DNA of 64,000 bases from the NCBI GenBank assembly GCA_965235115.1, contig OZ249445.1, positions 11,718,001-11,782,000 of the forward strand, given 5' to 3'. The notes under the pieces were generated by a model. The model had not been told where the DNA came from. It saw only the letters and a list, made by a program, of their open reading frames with translations, and made no database searches. The stretch is from Laetmonice hystrix. Lineage: Eukaryota. Position 1 is the stretch's first letter. Each line of letters opens with the position of its first letter. The position numbers were made by a program, and so were the translations under genes. Positions 1 to 13,600 of the stretch are shown piece after piece.

Positions 1-976
1 GCCGGCTCCGAGCCCGCCCCTCCCCGGCCAGCCCGGGGCCCTACCCACGGCGACACACCGCCTGCACCCCTCCCCCTCCCGGCTAACTGCGTCCCAGTCG
101 TAATCAAAGTTCCACAATTTACAGAGTAAAATGCTTCATTATTTATGTCACGCCATGTCGTATCTTCAAATGACCGCAGTGCCACCAACACGTAACCACA
201 ACCTCGGGGAGTATTGTATTTATGTAACAAAGACCAGTCTATATTACTTTTGTTAACTAACTTTCACTTAAACTGAAATTGGTATGGTTGAATTGGTAAA
301 TTACATAAGGGTAAAGAAAACAAAACTCCAAGTTAATACGTCATGCAAAAGTCTTTCAAAACAAGTGTTCCGTTAAATAAATGGGCGTCTCATGGCGTAC
401 GAACCTGTTATAGGTTAAACAGTTCGCTGACACTTCTCAATCTGAACGCAGCACTCAGCAAAATGCGATTTTTCTATAGAAGGAAACTTGGAAATGCACA
501 AAATTAATGTTAACGCACTACTCATGCAGCCAGACAGGATCACATACACGCACAACAGATCCCTGCTCATAGTAATGAGTATGCCTATACCTATATATAA
601 AGCATGATTATGTAAGCGACAAAATCGTCCCGTTTTGACATTAAACTCTGTCAACAGTCTATAATAACGGACATATTCTAAGCATTAAAAGCTTGCCACT
701 AAAAGTATTCAAAATATACATGTGCATATGTATACCTGAATGTATACGTGATTTTGGATACATGTATACATGTACATTCATGCATGTGCATTTATGTACT
801 ATTATATGAGCAAGAGTATGAGGCCAATGTATACGTGTGATATACCATGTACCTATATACGACCTATAGGCCGAACTGATGGACGACCTGCAGTCAGGTG
901 GCCCGCCTCATATTACAATCTCAGTCTCTGACCTGTATAATTGTGGAGGACAGTGTTCCCTGAATCTGATCCAATT

Positions 977-1063
977 CCCCAGTTCGAGCCCTGTACGGCC
1001 CGATCCAGCCGGTCAGAGAATATTGAACTGACACTGAGGTTTGACCACTGACCACGGCCTCCC
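977..1063 (-). mobile_element. Possible degenerate tRNA-derived SINE head
   Basis: Minus strand begins GGGAGGCCGTGGTCAGTGGTC (A-box-like); a B-box-like GGGCTCGAACTGG follows ~50 nt later. Confidence 0.3.
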
Positions 1064-4000
1064 ACTACACCCATCTATTTCATTATTGGAGAAGATGACA
1101 CCCGTCAAGCCCGGGTCTGTGGCACGTTAGTGGTTCTTCCTTTCCATCATTATTCATAGCGTCCTCAAACAATCACGGCTGGGCCCACCCACTAAAACTT
1201 AACCCTTTGAGGCGCCTTTCATGTATAGAGTTGGTCAGTGCTGTACAAACGACCAAACACGACTGTTAATTAATCACAATCCATGCACGGTCTTGGGCCA
1301 GTCAGATTAAGGGACGCTATTTAAGAATGATCCGGTAACTTCTTTTTTTACCTCCGAGTCACAAGACCAAGGTGTTCCGTAAAGCAAAGATACCGTTTTA
1401 TCGGGGTAAGGTGTTTTCCGGGCGATATGCTGAGGTTGACCTTACCAACTTGGGTGTATAGTCGATAGGTCGGCTTGCACGGCAAGACTTGGACGCTGGA
1501 GAACTACCCCGCACTGAATACTGATGAGAACACCGCCTTGACAATTAAACCAGAAGTAATGTTTTAATGCAATTTCCATTATAATCTTATCGCCTAATCT
1601 TAGTTTTAGACAAGCGAAAAAGTACAAATTACATTCCCGACTCTAACTGACTCGGAGGTGACTTAATTACGGGCGTAATGACTTGATGAAACATTCATTA
1701 GGCTGAGTCGAAACAGGATCTGGGCGCGCGGTCGGGTGTTGGCGGTGGGGCGGATGACGCGATGTGACAAGGCGGCCAGTCGGTGGGGCCGTTCAGCCAG
1801 GGCCCGTCTATCTGGGCCCAGATTGAGGGCCTCGTGTGACCGACGATAACGCCGGTGTGCCGCTATCTGATCGACTCGGGGCCGTCCATTTGATGAGTTC
1901 ACTGCCATCTAACGTCCCTCTGGGCTGGCCTGTCGCTGTCTTGTGTCTAAAGGCCGAGGCCAACCATGTAGCAGGAAGAGAAGGACACCGTACCACAGGC
2001 AGGAGTCTGTACCAAGTCCTATTTCACTGTTTGTTTTCTCCCCTGTCATGGTCATGCAGGCGAGGGAGTCTGCCCCGTTTGACCTTAAAATCATGACGGC
2101 AGGTAACCGTGTCAGCGGAACCAATATCCATGTATGTTAGGATTCAGACAGGTTCACATCACCGATAGGTAATATATCTAATGTATATTATTTTGGGGAA
2201 TGTTGTACCTCCGATCTCATAATATACTACTTCTCCCCAGTGGTATACACTGGAAGGCAGGGGAAAATATTTATATTGGTGAAACAGTATATCAGGGTTG
2301 GGGTTGGGGGGGGGGTCAAGGTAAATCTGATAAACTTTCACAGGAAACCTCCCTTTCCTTGACCATCACGAAATATTTTTACGTACAAATATTAAAGGGT
2401 CTATCAGTTATGGAATAGAAGTTTCCAAGGAGATTCAGTATTAAGGACTGATGTAAACGATAAAAGCTAACTTCGAGAACTCATTGTGGTCTGCCACCCA
2501 CGTGCGGAGACAGATGTTGGGAGATCAGGGGTGACTCTCGAACCGCTCGGAAACTGAAAGGACCATCGGTTGGTCCAGCACCAGGGATCAGGCCATGACA
2601 AGAGCTCAGTACTTGTTAGAGTGAAGCCTAATGAAGAGGCGCTAACAAGGACCAACAGTTGTAAACAGCGGCCCACTCAAAATCCGTCAAGTGCAAACGG
2701 ATGCATCGCGCCGAAAATGGCAGCACGGGGAGCGACCACAATGAACGCACTTTGGGAGGCAGCATCCGCCACTCGTAGCATGGTAACTTCAATGATAACG
2801 TTTATCACACAAAGTACGGTGAACGGACAAAGGATCAATGTTGAAGGGAAAACAAAGAAAATGGATCAAATCTGTGCACTGCGTCAATATAGTTACTGTT
2901 TCCAAAACAAAGTTGTATAGTTGAGATATTCGAGATTATTATTTTTTCCATTTAGTCGGCTCATGGGTGTGATTTATTGTTTTCCACCTCCCTCAGCTTC
3001 CATCACTTTAGCCAAGTCAGTGTATATTTCTTCTGCAATTTCCTTATGCCTTACGGGGGAATGCATCCGGCGCGCCCAAATCGACAAGTGAGATTAGCCG
3101 TGTACGATTTCAACCGGAGTTGCCATGGACACTAATCCTTGCTCCCACCGCCATTGTTCAGGGGCCATCAATCTCATGTTTACCGTTAAAAATCCCTCGC
3201 TAACAAGAATGAACGTCTGACTTAGCCAGGCCTGAAATCAATGATAAGATTATCCCGCTGTTTCGTCATATGGAATTTGCCCGCGGTTGAGCGGCGACGG
3301 TGGCTGTGGCTGTGGCGGCGGTGGTTGTGGCTGTGGCGGCAGAAGCGGCAGCGGGCCGCGGAGTGTGAGACCTCGCCACCTTCAACACCGGATAACTGTA
3401 CCCACACGTCACAAACACCTCTACTATTGCTCTCAGTCCGCCATTTTACTCCTCCCAACGTTAATATTGACGGCCTCCTGACAACCGGAATACTCTACAG
3501 CCAAACTGCGAGTACCCCTACAAGTGACACATCACCCGGGGACGGGCCTCAAGAGGAGGTGAACGATTCACGACACACCCCTGCACAGGTATAGGCCTAC
3601 ATGACATGGTAGATAGAGGACGAGGCGCCTGATCTCATCACCAAACACGTCAGATGAACGGAGTATTCAAGGTGAACAATCATAAGGAATTCCTCCAACA
3701 GTAGACTCTAGGCCTACCAATGTCGGAACGATATGTGTTTAAAGATGACTATCTGTGAAATTCACCGAGATATTCATCTACCAGAAGATAACAGGCTTAT
3801 TAAGGTGGGTTGCTGGTTATAATGTATAGTTAAATCGATGTCTGGCATAAAAGCTAGCTATTCCGAAGAATAAACAGGAGACTAAATAACCAGACAAATA
3901 TGAAGAGTATAATAATGATAGAAAATGGGTACATATCACATGCCACTTTTAGCCTTGAAATATCAATCCACAAAACCACAAGAACATGTTCAAACATTGC

Positions 4001-4319
4001 ATGATATAACTATAGGACGTTCGCCTTTATAATGATATGTAGACATTTCCAGTGACCCTTTGCTGTTTGCCTCGATTGTCACCGTTATCTAGGAGCCAAG
4101 ACAGGTCTGCCGGTGCTGTATAAATTTGAATATATCCATAAGGAGGCTGACAATAGCCTGGAGGTGGCGTGACGGAAATGGACTGTGAGATAGTCGGCGC
4201 TCTAACGTTACCCCACTGTGGGCCATGTAGTACCCGATCTATATAGACGTCTATATAGGGGCGAGGTGGGAGGCGAACAGCGGTTCTAGGTTGGGGTTGG
4301 TTATTTTAATGCCCTCTGG

Positions 4320-4354
4320 GGTCGTTCCACGGTCGTTCCACGGTCGTTCCACGG
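4320..4354. repeat. 11-bp tandem repeat (GGTCGTTCCAC)x3
   Basis: Three perfect adjacent copies. Confidence 0.95.
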
Positions 4355-6535
4355 AGAAATATTTGTTTTTGTCTAAACTAAGATGAGCAGATATAAATCC
4401 ATATCGCTGGTTCTTAATGCCCTTTCCCTTTTCACTTATAAACGGCCATTGCAAGTACCCCGGGCCGATTATAATATGTCTTTGAGAACTCGTTTCCACA
4501 GCAGCGAGGATGATTCATTTCTTAAACTAAGTCCAATACAACCATAAGGAAACCTCCACCCTGTCCGACGTACCCATGACGACTTATTCTATACCCCGCA
4601 TGGTTTCCACACTGCATGCATGGGTGAAGTGTGGAAGGGTGACAAGTTGATCCTTATAAACAGCCAGTACTATATAACACCTCCTGACTTACACTTCTAC
4701 TTTACACAAGGTTGGCCACTTAATTGTCATTCCTAAGTATATCGTCAATACATGCACAATCTATGCTTTAAAATTCCCTCGGTCTCTTCCTCATTCCATA
4801 TTTTCTAAATGTGACAATCGATCTATTCATATTTTAGGGAACAAATCTCAAGTCCCTGGCACTTCCCGCCCCTTTTCCCTCCCCAAAAAAGATATGAGAC
4901 CATTTATTTGAAGCCATGTGCATGTGATTCTTACTGCAGTCTCATCAACTCAACAAAACCTTTCCACTTGGCTTAACTCCGTCCCTTCGAATCGATCTAC
5001 CAGCTCCCTCACTTTGGCTATATCTTGGCGAAGAATCGTGCTAGTTGACAGCCTAATGAGCTAGGTATTATAGTTATAAATACAGATGGTGCAGGAATGT
5101 TGAAGAAGTGGCTATATGCCTATCCCAGCGGAGGTAATAGCAGCCGTATACCGTCGGCCGTGGGTGGATGCATGGGACGGAGCTGATTGTATATAGAGTG
5201 TGGTCGTGATATACTGTGCGTGCCTTCCGCGTCTTGGTTTTCTTGATGTAAATATTTCAATCAGGACCCTGACGGGTGGACGGAGTAAAGGGCAGGGTAA
5301 CGGAGGGGTGTGGTTGGGGTGGGGTGGGGCGGGATGGTACGGACCTGGAGGTGGGAGACACAGACCACTGAACAGACTAGTGAAGATGTCACTAATCACC
5401 TCCGTCACACTCCGACAGTAATGTTCTGTCTAGGGGTGACATCTGGTTTATGGAAATCATTTTTTCATATTTATATAGAAAGTATATGTATACGAGTAGG
5501 CCTATATCAGCAATCCTTTTGTCTCAGCTGTATGCGATGACTTAATTGTACATGTATTTCTCACCTTTTTACATCATAGCATGCCCCCTGTGTATGTACA
5601 CATGCACATGCTCATTGTGATGTGTACAATCAGCCGTCATTCCATACAGCAATATGATGTGGGGTACAGAATGAGTGAAATAGTCTACTCGTTCAGAACA
5701 TCGCGGAGCAGCTGAGTAAATACATGCACCTGGACATGGGCAGATGGAGTAAACATGACACAGCACGTGCGATTATTACAAAAATTCCAACAATCTGAAC
5801 TTCAACATTTTGGTGAATTGTATATCGGCATATATCTTAAATAACCTTGGTGCACGGCTGTTTCATTTTCACGGCCTTACCACGGCTGCAGACAGAGAGA
5901 AAGGGAAGTTTTTTACCTTCACCGAAAACCTAAGTGAATAGCATGAACAGATGCGAGTTTTCCAAGTGCACTGATCGAACACTTATTGATATTGTTAAGC
6001 CTAAATCAGGCAAGAAGGAACCCTTTGGACAGTAATTGTATAAGCGTGTAAATGAGAATTGACCACGTGTACATTTTTCTGGGCTGACCCAAACCCGTAA
6101 CTATTACAAGTTCCCATCTGCCCTGGAGCGACAAAATCAGCGCCAGTCCTGAAGGTAGTGTAGATCTAAACGCCATTTAGCCCTGCTGAGGTTTGGTGGG
6201 CGTGGCTGGGACGATTTTCTCACGGTGGGACGCTAAGAACTGGCTCCTGCAGCCAACCAGGTATCTATTGGGGCGCTAAGTGCTGGGGCTGGTCCTGCAA
6301 TTAACGCAGGCCCCTGGGGTTCAGAGCGGTGGGCGCAGCGTTCCGCCCAACACCTGCCTGCCAACTTCCAACCCTCAATTAAACAATCCTTCCTGCTCTC
6401 GGACAACCAGAACACACTAATTGTTAACTTCTTAGTGCAGCAGTGTATACATATTGGTTTTCAGTTCAATTCTCTAATATTTCATGCATTGCCACTGGTA
6501 TTTCAATACGAAGGATGCAATCATATTCTCAGTCT

Positions 6536-6628
6536 GAGAGAGGGGGAGAGAGAAAGAGAGGGAGAGAGAGAGAGTCACAGAGAGAGTCACAGAGACAGAG
6601 AGACAGAGAGAGACAGAGACAGAGAGAG
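6536..6628. repeat. Compound (GA)n/(GAGACA)n microsatellite
   Basis: Visible purine-rich dinucleotide tract with gagtcaca and gagaca variants. Confidence 0.95.
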
Positions 6629-7460
6629 GGCGCTATAATGCCTCAGGGCTAACACAGTCGGTGGTGGCCAAAAAGCATTATGTGCGAGGAATGACTGTTG
6701 ATAGCTCTAAGTTTATTGATCATGGAAACCTGTAATTTGGACAGACGTGCGACCACAGACAAGTCACACCACAAGTGTATGGGGGCTTACAAATCGCTGA
6801 ATTACGAAAGCCCAGAAGGATCATTCGAGATTCAAGATTCGAAATTCGAGATTCAATATCTGAATTTCGAGATTCGAGATTCAATATCTGAATTTCGAGA
6901 TTCGAGATTCAATATCCAAAGTAACCAATCAGAGGAAAGCTCTCAAAATCAGGTGACTCGTGACCAATGAAAGGCTGCGTCTATACGCACAAGATCGTGG
7001 ACATATCGGCTCATGTGGGGTAATGGCCGTGACGTCACGGGTAAGAAAAAATATTATCGCTCGGGTCCATAGCGTTATGGAAGGGAAGTACCTACGCCCG
7101 GACTATTTGGCCACCGGCTGACTTGTGCCGACATATCAGTCAATATACACAAGGTCGTGCTCACTGTTTCGTGTACGCACGACCTTGTGCGTATACCCGT
7201 GTATACACACGATGTCGTGGATTCACAGGTGTATAAACTTATATCCACAATAATGTGTGTATATTACAGGCAATATCTTGTGCGTGTTGGTGTTACGCAT
7301 ATATGTGGCCTGTTTCCCAGGGGACGCGTTTTATTAAACTGTCAATAGTCTATAGTATATATCACTAACCCTGTATCCCACAAACAGTTTTTAAAAGTTT
7401 TGTAATATTCCCTGTCCTTATTAAATATAACGTTAACCCTTTGTGAAAAAAGCACATTTA

Positions 7461-7533
7461 CACTGGGGTTCGAACCCACGAGTCACGAACCTCTGATCAA
7501 TAGCCAGACACGCTACACAATACGCTACACAGT
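7461..7533 (-). pseudogene. Degenerate tRNA-derived sequence inside the transposon (not a functional tRNA)
   Basis: Minus strand reads CTGTGTAGCGTATTGTGTAGCGTGTCTGGCTATTGATCAGAGGTTCGTGACTCGTGGGTTCGAACCCCAGTG, with an A-box-like TAGCGTATTG, an anticodon-arm remnant and the B-box GGTTCGAACCC. No proper acceptor stem. Confidence 0.55.
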
Positions 7534-7562
7534 TATACGGATAAAGCTGACACCAAATATCA

Positions 7563-7680
7563 CTAACCCTAAACCTAACCTTAACCTTAACCCACCCTAA
7601 ACCTAACCTTAACCTTAACCCATAGGAGACCTAAAACTAAATATAACTAACCCTAAACCTAGCCTTAACTCTAACCCATA
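7563..7680. repeat. Telomere-like (CCTAAC/CCTTAA) degenerate tandem repeat, about 3 units of ~30 nt
   Basis: ctaaccctaaacctaaccttaaccttaaccc is repeated with variation; a partial copy tatcactaaccct also occurs near 7358. Confidence 0.9.
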
Positions 7681-10600
7681 GGGGATTGTCCCCTCCCCGT
7701 TACCCTTTCCGTTTGCCAGAGTGATTAATATGTCACACGACATTTCATTGGCCGTGTTATAATATAGAAGCGTACTCCCGATTGGTTACTTTGGATATTG
7801 AATCTCGAATTTCGAATCTCGAAATTCAGATATTGAATCTCGAATTTCGAATTTCGAATCTCGAATGATCCTTCTGGGCTTTCGTACTGAATAGCAATAA
7901 AGGTTGCAATGCAATGCAGCGATGACCGCACACATTAAAACTGGCCGTCAGAGAAAGGAGAGCTAAATCCAACAGTCCAGCCAGATGCCCATCATAAACA
8001 GCGGCACTGACCGCCCATGGGACGAGGACACAAAAACCGACCCCATTGCATTACACAAACCCTCAAAGAGTGTCACTGTCAATGGTAATATTAACAAGTC
8101 CTTGCCTGGCGTTTTCCTGCATAAAGAACAGCTTATACCTGCCGTCATTGAAATTCCTTCCCGGCAAGTTTGAATTCGGTAGATGGGACAAAAAGTGAAT
8201 TCAATATCTCTGGATGGGGGCCGTTCCGGTAGTGTGTGCGACAAGTGAAGCCTTAAACACTGATTGAATACGGGGACAAAGGCACGGTTGCGACATTGTG
8301 GCATTGAGACTATTAGTAAACGTCCCAACAGAGATGGACCGTCTTTGAAGTAGACAGGTTTCACGGGACCAGTACGAGCGAGCTGGCACCACTAGTGATC
8401 GCCACACTGATCGAATTCACACCATCCGATTGGGTGTGTAATCGATTGCCGACTACCAAACGTGTTTCTTTGTTCTCATCGACTCCTAATTGGATTAAGA
8501 TGCGGTGTGAGTTCTTCCAACACGGAGTCTACGTCAAAAGATACGACTGTGGAGGATAAAGGCGTCGTCCGCATCACGTCAGTGGAGACCATGTCCCATT
8601 CTGACGTGCACGTGCCTATTCTGCCGACTCTACCACCGTGAACGTCCCCCTCGTCCCTTTCTATACGACGCCTTCCAGTAAGAAGGCCCTCAAAGCGTCC
8701 CATTTAGGTTATGCAACCTTACATTCGCACCGGATTAAACATTTTCAGCCCAAGTACGCCCGGCCGAACACTGCGCGCCCCGCCACATGATCTAACCGTG
8801 TGAATCAGGCGCAAACTCCCGCCATTTGTCGCCAGCGCCGAGGTGTTGAGGGGAGAAATGAAATTGATAGGAAGCCACCTAAAGAAAACATATGCCGACT
8901 TTGATTTGACGTCCTCTTTGATGGCGTCTGACGGTTCAGAGCCGGGGTTTTCTATTGAGGACGAGACAGCGTCTCGGGGCTGCAGCGTCCGACTTATCCG
9001 CTTGCCTGGAAGGTACCATTCTGTCTGACTGCCTCCGCCTCTGGCCCCTCCGTCAGACCAACAACAAAACAGCACGTTTGTCATCCACACACCCCGAGCT
9101 ACAAGTCAGGCGAGAGGAGGCCTACACCTCCCGCATCTTCCCGCATCTTCTTACATCCTAGCAAAGGGCAGGCCCTGGAGGGAGAAATCCGCGCAGCCAA
9201 TGGATTTCACGGTCGGACATTCCGCCGGTGCACACTGTCGCCTGTGTGGTAGTGGGGGTACGGGGAGTTGGTGTTGTGTACTCGGGCTGCTTATTGGTTC
9301 CCAGGGCTCCAGGGGTTCACGGGGAGGATCGCTTGGAGGATGCCGCCCGGCCCGCAACTCGTCCGGGGCCAGTATCCGGGGTCTCCGGGGCCGGGTGGCC
9401 GGGGTTGGCACGGCTCCACGGCCCGGCACGGCCGTGAACCCACATGTGGAGGTCACTATAAGGAAATCGGTATATAGCCCCTCCCCCACCCCCGGGCCGA
9501 TCCCTACCTATCACAGCCCAGGGGAGACTGACCAACTTACACAAAAGAATGGAGAAAATCTGGAAAATGATTTTAAAAACTGTATACACCATACTGATAA
9601 AAATTATAAGGGGTTATAATCGATGGACTTGTATACAGATCTATATCTTCTGAAAAAAATTAACTACATGCATTTTTAAAATTAGTGGATCCGCATTATG
9701 TTACTGTGCACAAGGTACGAAATAGGGTAAAACCTATTAAAATAATACTCATTTATTTTGTCCCGATGCACATCATGGCAACGTGTTCTTCTAAAGTGTA
9801 ACAAACACCGTAAGCCCCGCGGACATGCCCTCATGCCTAAGTCAGCATCTGCCAAATGGATTGACAGTGGGTGTGGATAGACTAAATTGTGAAATGATAT
9901 ATTGTTTGACTGGTGTAAATCTGCAGAAAATGGCTAAATCGGCTGTTGCCACCTCTGGCTGCCAGGTTACCTAATCTTTCACCCTGATTGGTCACAATGG
10001 CCGGGCAGCGGAGTGGGGAGTCCCGGGCTCCTGGTATCACTTTCACCCGGGTGGAGATCGGCCGCGCGCCGGCTGCACAAACTCTGAGGCTGGGTGCTAG
10101 CCTGGAAAACGGTCTTTACGTGCCCTGAATTTCCCTGCCAGTAGTGCATGGTGCTTGGAATTGCAAATCCCTTCGTATACCAGTGGGGAAAGAGTGGACT
10201 TTCGCTCGAATCTACATGGAAATGAACACGTAATGACGAGAGCGGGGATTATCGCTGCTGCTTCATTTCACAGAGCAGACGACATTTTGCGTCAAGCAGA
10301 CGACATCGAGCACGGGCACTTAGCGCGCGCGGCGTGGCATCCTGTGGAAATCTGCAAGTCAAAATAATGGGCCCCGAGTTAAATCACCAGAGTGCACCGT
10401 ATTGGCTGGCAGTTCGTTGTTCCTCGGGCCAATAAATATATTTTCCTCTCATTACTGGGGGTATCGAACGACGCCATTTTACACACCTCATTTCCCCTTG
10501 CAGTGAATTAACTTGAAGATAAATCCACAAACTATAAAAACACGAAGTTATTCCACAGTACAATGATGGCCCAGTTAGTATATACTTACAATCATTGCTC

Positions 10601-13600
10601 TTTTTTCTATTATTCAAAAACCTTTAATCATAATCAGTCAGAAAGGCTGACAAAATCTTCCGGCGATAGGCCTATCTATACGTTTCATCATACAATATGC
10701 TGATATGGCATAAACAATTCCAGAATTATTCAACATGTTATCGGCCATCGCTAGAGTATATTTTTGAATCACACCCTTAGAGGCTGCAGTACATATAACT
10801 GTATAGCCAATTATTATCTGCGTGTATATGTTGATATGGAATATCGATCATGTGGCTTCACTAAAAAAAGTTATCTGAAGAGGGAACAGTAATGTTATAA
10901 ATCACTGAAGGATAAAGAAGCTGTCATACGATATTAAAGCATATTTTTCAGCCTATGAAAATCAGTAAAAGGGATTTGATGAATATCGTGTAAGATTCAG
11001 ATGAACGGACGTATACGAACGGGCTGTTTATATCATTCCCGTTTAGAATCCCTATAGATACAGTTTGTAAACGTTAAAGTAAAAGTCCCTTCGGCAAATG
11101 TGTTTCCATGTGTGCTTTGTGCATACTTTCTCCATTCACTTAATACTTTTTGTCACATGCACGCTTATCGTATACAAATGGTGCCGCATTCGGAGGAGGT
11201 GTGTCAGTAATTACAATTCCCTACGAGCAGGAGTAACTCAATAAGAGCACCTCCAATCTGTTAAAGAGCAAGCCAAGACTTTCATTACTAAAACAGACTA
11301 TATCGTCTAGTCCTCTCTGATACCTCAAAACACACTTCAAAAACACCTTTGGTCCCATACGAACAAGGGGCTCCGTACCATTCAGGCGGTTTATGATCTA
11401 AAACATCAAAGACTAGTTTTAATCAGGAAAATGTTTTCGTTGGTTTTATCGGCTTTTGGGACCAACAGAGAAGTTGGCGGTTGAGGCGCTGACCTCTGAC
11501 CCTGGTACATTTTGATGACCTTAATATCCTCTTCCTTTGTATCTAATGTTGGCACTGCCTTTCTGATGTTTCGAGGCACGAATACAATCAACAAGATGCA
11601 TAACTAGGACCCTTCTCTATAAGTTACCTGTTGATAAACATTACTGTAAACATAACGGTCCATATTTACCTTTCCTCCCAGTCGTCCTGCTGTTTTGAAG
11701 AAACCGTTTATTAACGTTTAATAATTTAATACGTGATGGTGGATCAGTGGTTGACCGGCGTTCGCCCGTGTTAGAATCTGATGATAACACCTCACATGAA
11801 GATCTACACGCGAAATCTCAAGACGTACCTTCAGGCTCTCTCATGCGTTCATCATTAATAGAAACTTTATATTTCAATAAATACGAATGCCAGTTGAGAC
11901 TAAACATATTCTCACTGCACACCAGCGCACTGCATCAAATAAATTGAAGTAAAGCGTATGGAATGACGATATGCCATACTAATGATGCAGTAATTCGCAA
12001 TCGACGACAATTCTTGTTGAAATCGCCCTCCCATAACGTAGTAAATTTGATAATCTTAAAATGTTGAAGAACACCATGGGAAGCGTTTCCATAGACGGAG
12101 TTCTCGATAATATTGCAGGTTGATTGTGATTTAGCACCATACTGCACAACTGAGCGCACTTCATTTCACGCCACAAACTAACCGCGCGTGCGCAAACAAT
12201 GTCACTAGCTCAGCGCACGCGCACTGGACATTTCTCCTATATGCCCGAGTAACGACGATTCTGGTTTTCTTTCATCAAATCCCAATTAAAACGGAAACTA
12301 TTGTCTGCAGCAACATAAAAGCTGGCAAAGTTGCGATCGATGTAAAAACTACAGTAACCACTGTAGCAGAAAAATGCATCTGAAAAGTCGGATCATACTG
12401 TGTAGCCAGCGGTAAATTGATTTGCCTTAATAGATCCATGTGCCGAATGATCTCAAAATATCGCCAAATCCTCCGAGAGACGAGACATACGGCGAGTTTG
12501 TTTGAAAGTCGACCATGTGAGGGATTGGGAGATTTCTGAGCCAGGTGGAATGGACAGCCAAGACACGTGTGAGGACACTGACAAACGCGGAGGGACACGT
12601 GGCGGAAAACGGACCGCATCTCGCCAGATTACTTTTCACCGCCATCTCAGCGCCCGCCTTCTACATAAAAAGGGATGAACCAAGTCGACGCATCTCCTGA
12701 TGTGCCGACATTTAGCATGAGAAAACTCATAAATAAATATATGGTGCGCGTTTGTTATAATTGCGAGGTAAACATATCTAGGTATTATGCAGAGATCAAC
12801 ACGCTGGGAACGATTCATTCCAGCCAGTGTTGAAGGCATAAACCACCAGAAAAAGCTCTGGTTCTACACCCACACGCTCGGTACCGCATACCGCCGGCCC
12901 AACGTCTCGTCTTGCCGGGACCAAAAGGTCAGTCAGCAATGGCCTTTCTCCGGGAAGTACCGCCCCGACCAGCGGCCTACATTTCCCGGTTTTCGATCCC
13001 CATACATGCCACAGCAGCGAAAACCACATAGAAAAAATGCTTCGGTCCGGAAAACAGCTCAGGCCAAGCAGAAGGAGGTAACGCGGCCAGGGATGAAGAC
13101 GGGGGTAAGGAACGACCTTGGCCTTTGCCCTCAGCTCGCTGAAGGAACACGCCAGGGGGCCACGACTAGTTGAGGTCCTCACAGTGAAAGGCTACCGTGA
13201 TAGGATTCTCTTGCGCAACCCGGCGTCAGCGCGCAGTCTCTCAATGGTGACCGTTTGGGTTGGGGCGGGGGCGGGCGGGCGCCGGGAGGGCACGCCAGGA
13301 CCTGGCGGCGCTGATGAGATTGTGGGGCGGGGACGGGTTGATTTTCCACCGGTCTCTCCTAACGCTCACACAATTTCACGCCGACTTGCGGCCCCAATCC
13401 ACCGGTATTAGAGGGCGGGATAAGCGGGTAGTCCTTCATGGCAAATGTCAGACGAACGTGGCCAAGGCCCGTGAAAACGAATTAAGCGTCATCTCCGAGT
13501 TGGCCTGGGAGCATACAACAAATAGTGCGACGCCCGATAGGCAACCGGAAACCCTAACATTAATCAGAAAGCTAAAGGAAATTGCACGAATTAACAACCT

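Larger units (their letters stand above)
6803..7886. mobile_element. Non-autonomous DNA transposon (~1.08 kb) with long terminal inverted repeats and TA-flanked ends (Tc1/mariner-like target site)
   Basis: TIRs at 6803-6930 and 7780-7886. The first 30 nt (TACGAAAGCCCAGAAGGATCATTCGAGATT) are identical in inverted orientation. The rest is built from TTCGAGA/TTCGAAA heptamers and a 28-nt subrepeat differing in copy number (128 vs 107 nt). No transposase ORF inside. Confidence 0.85.
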
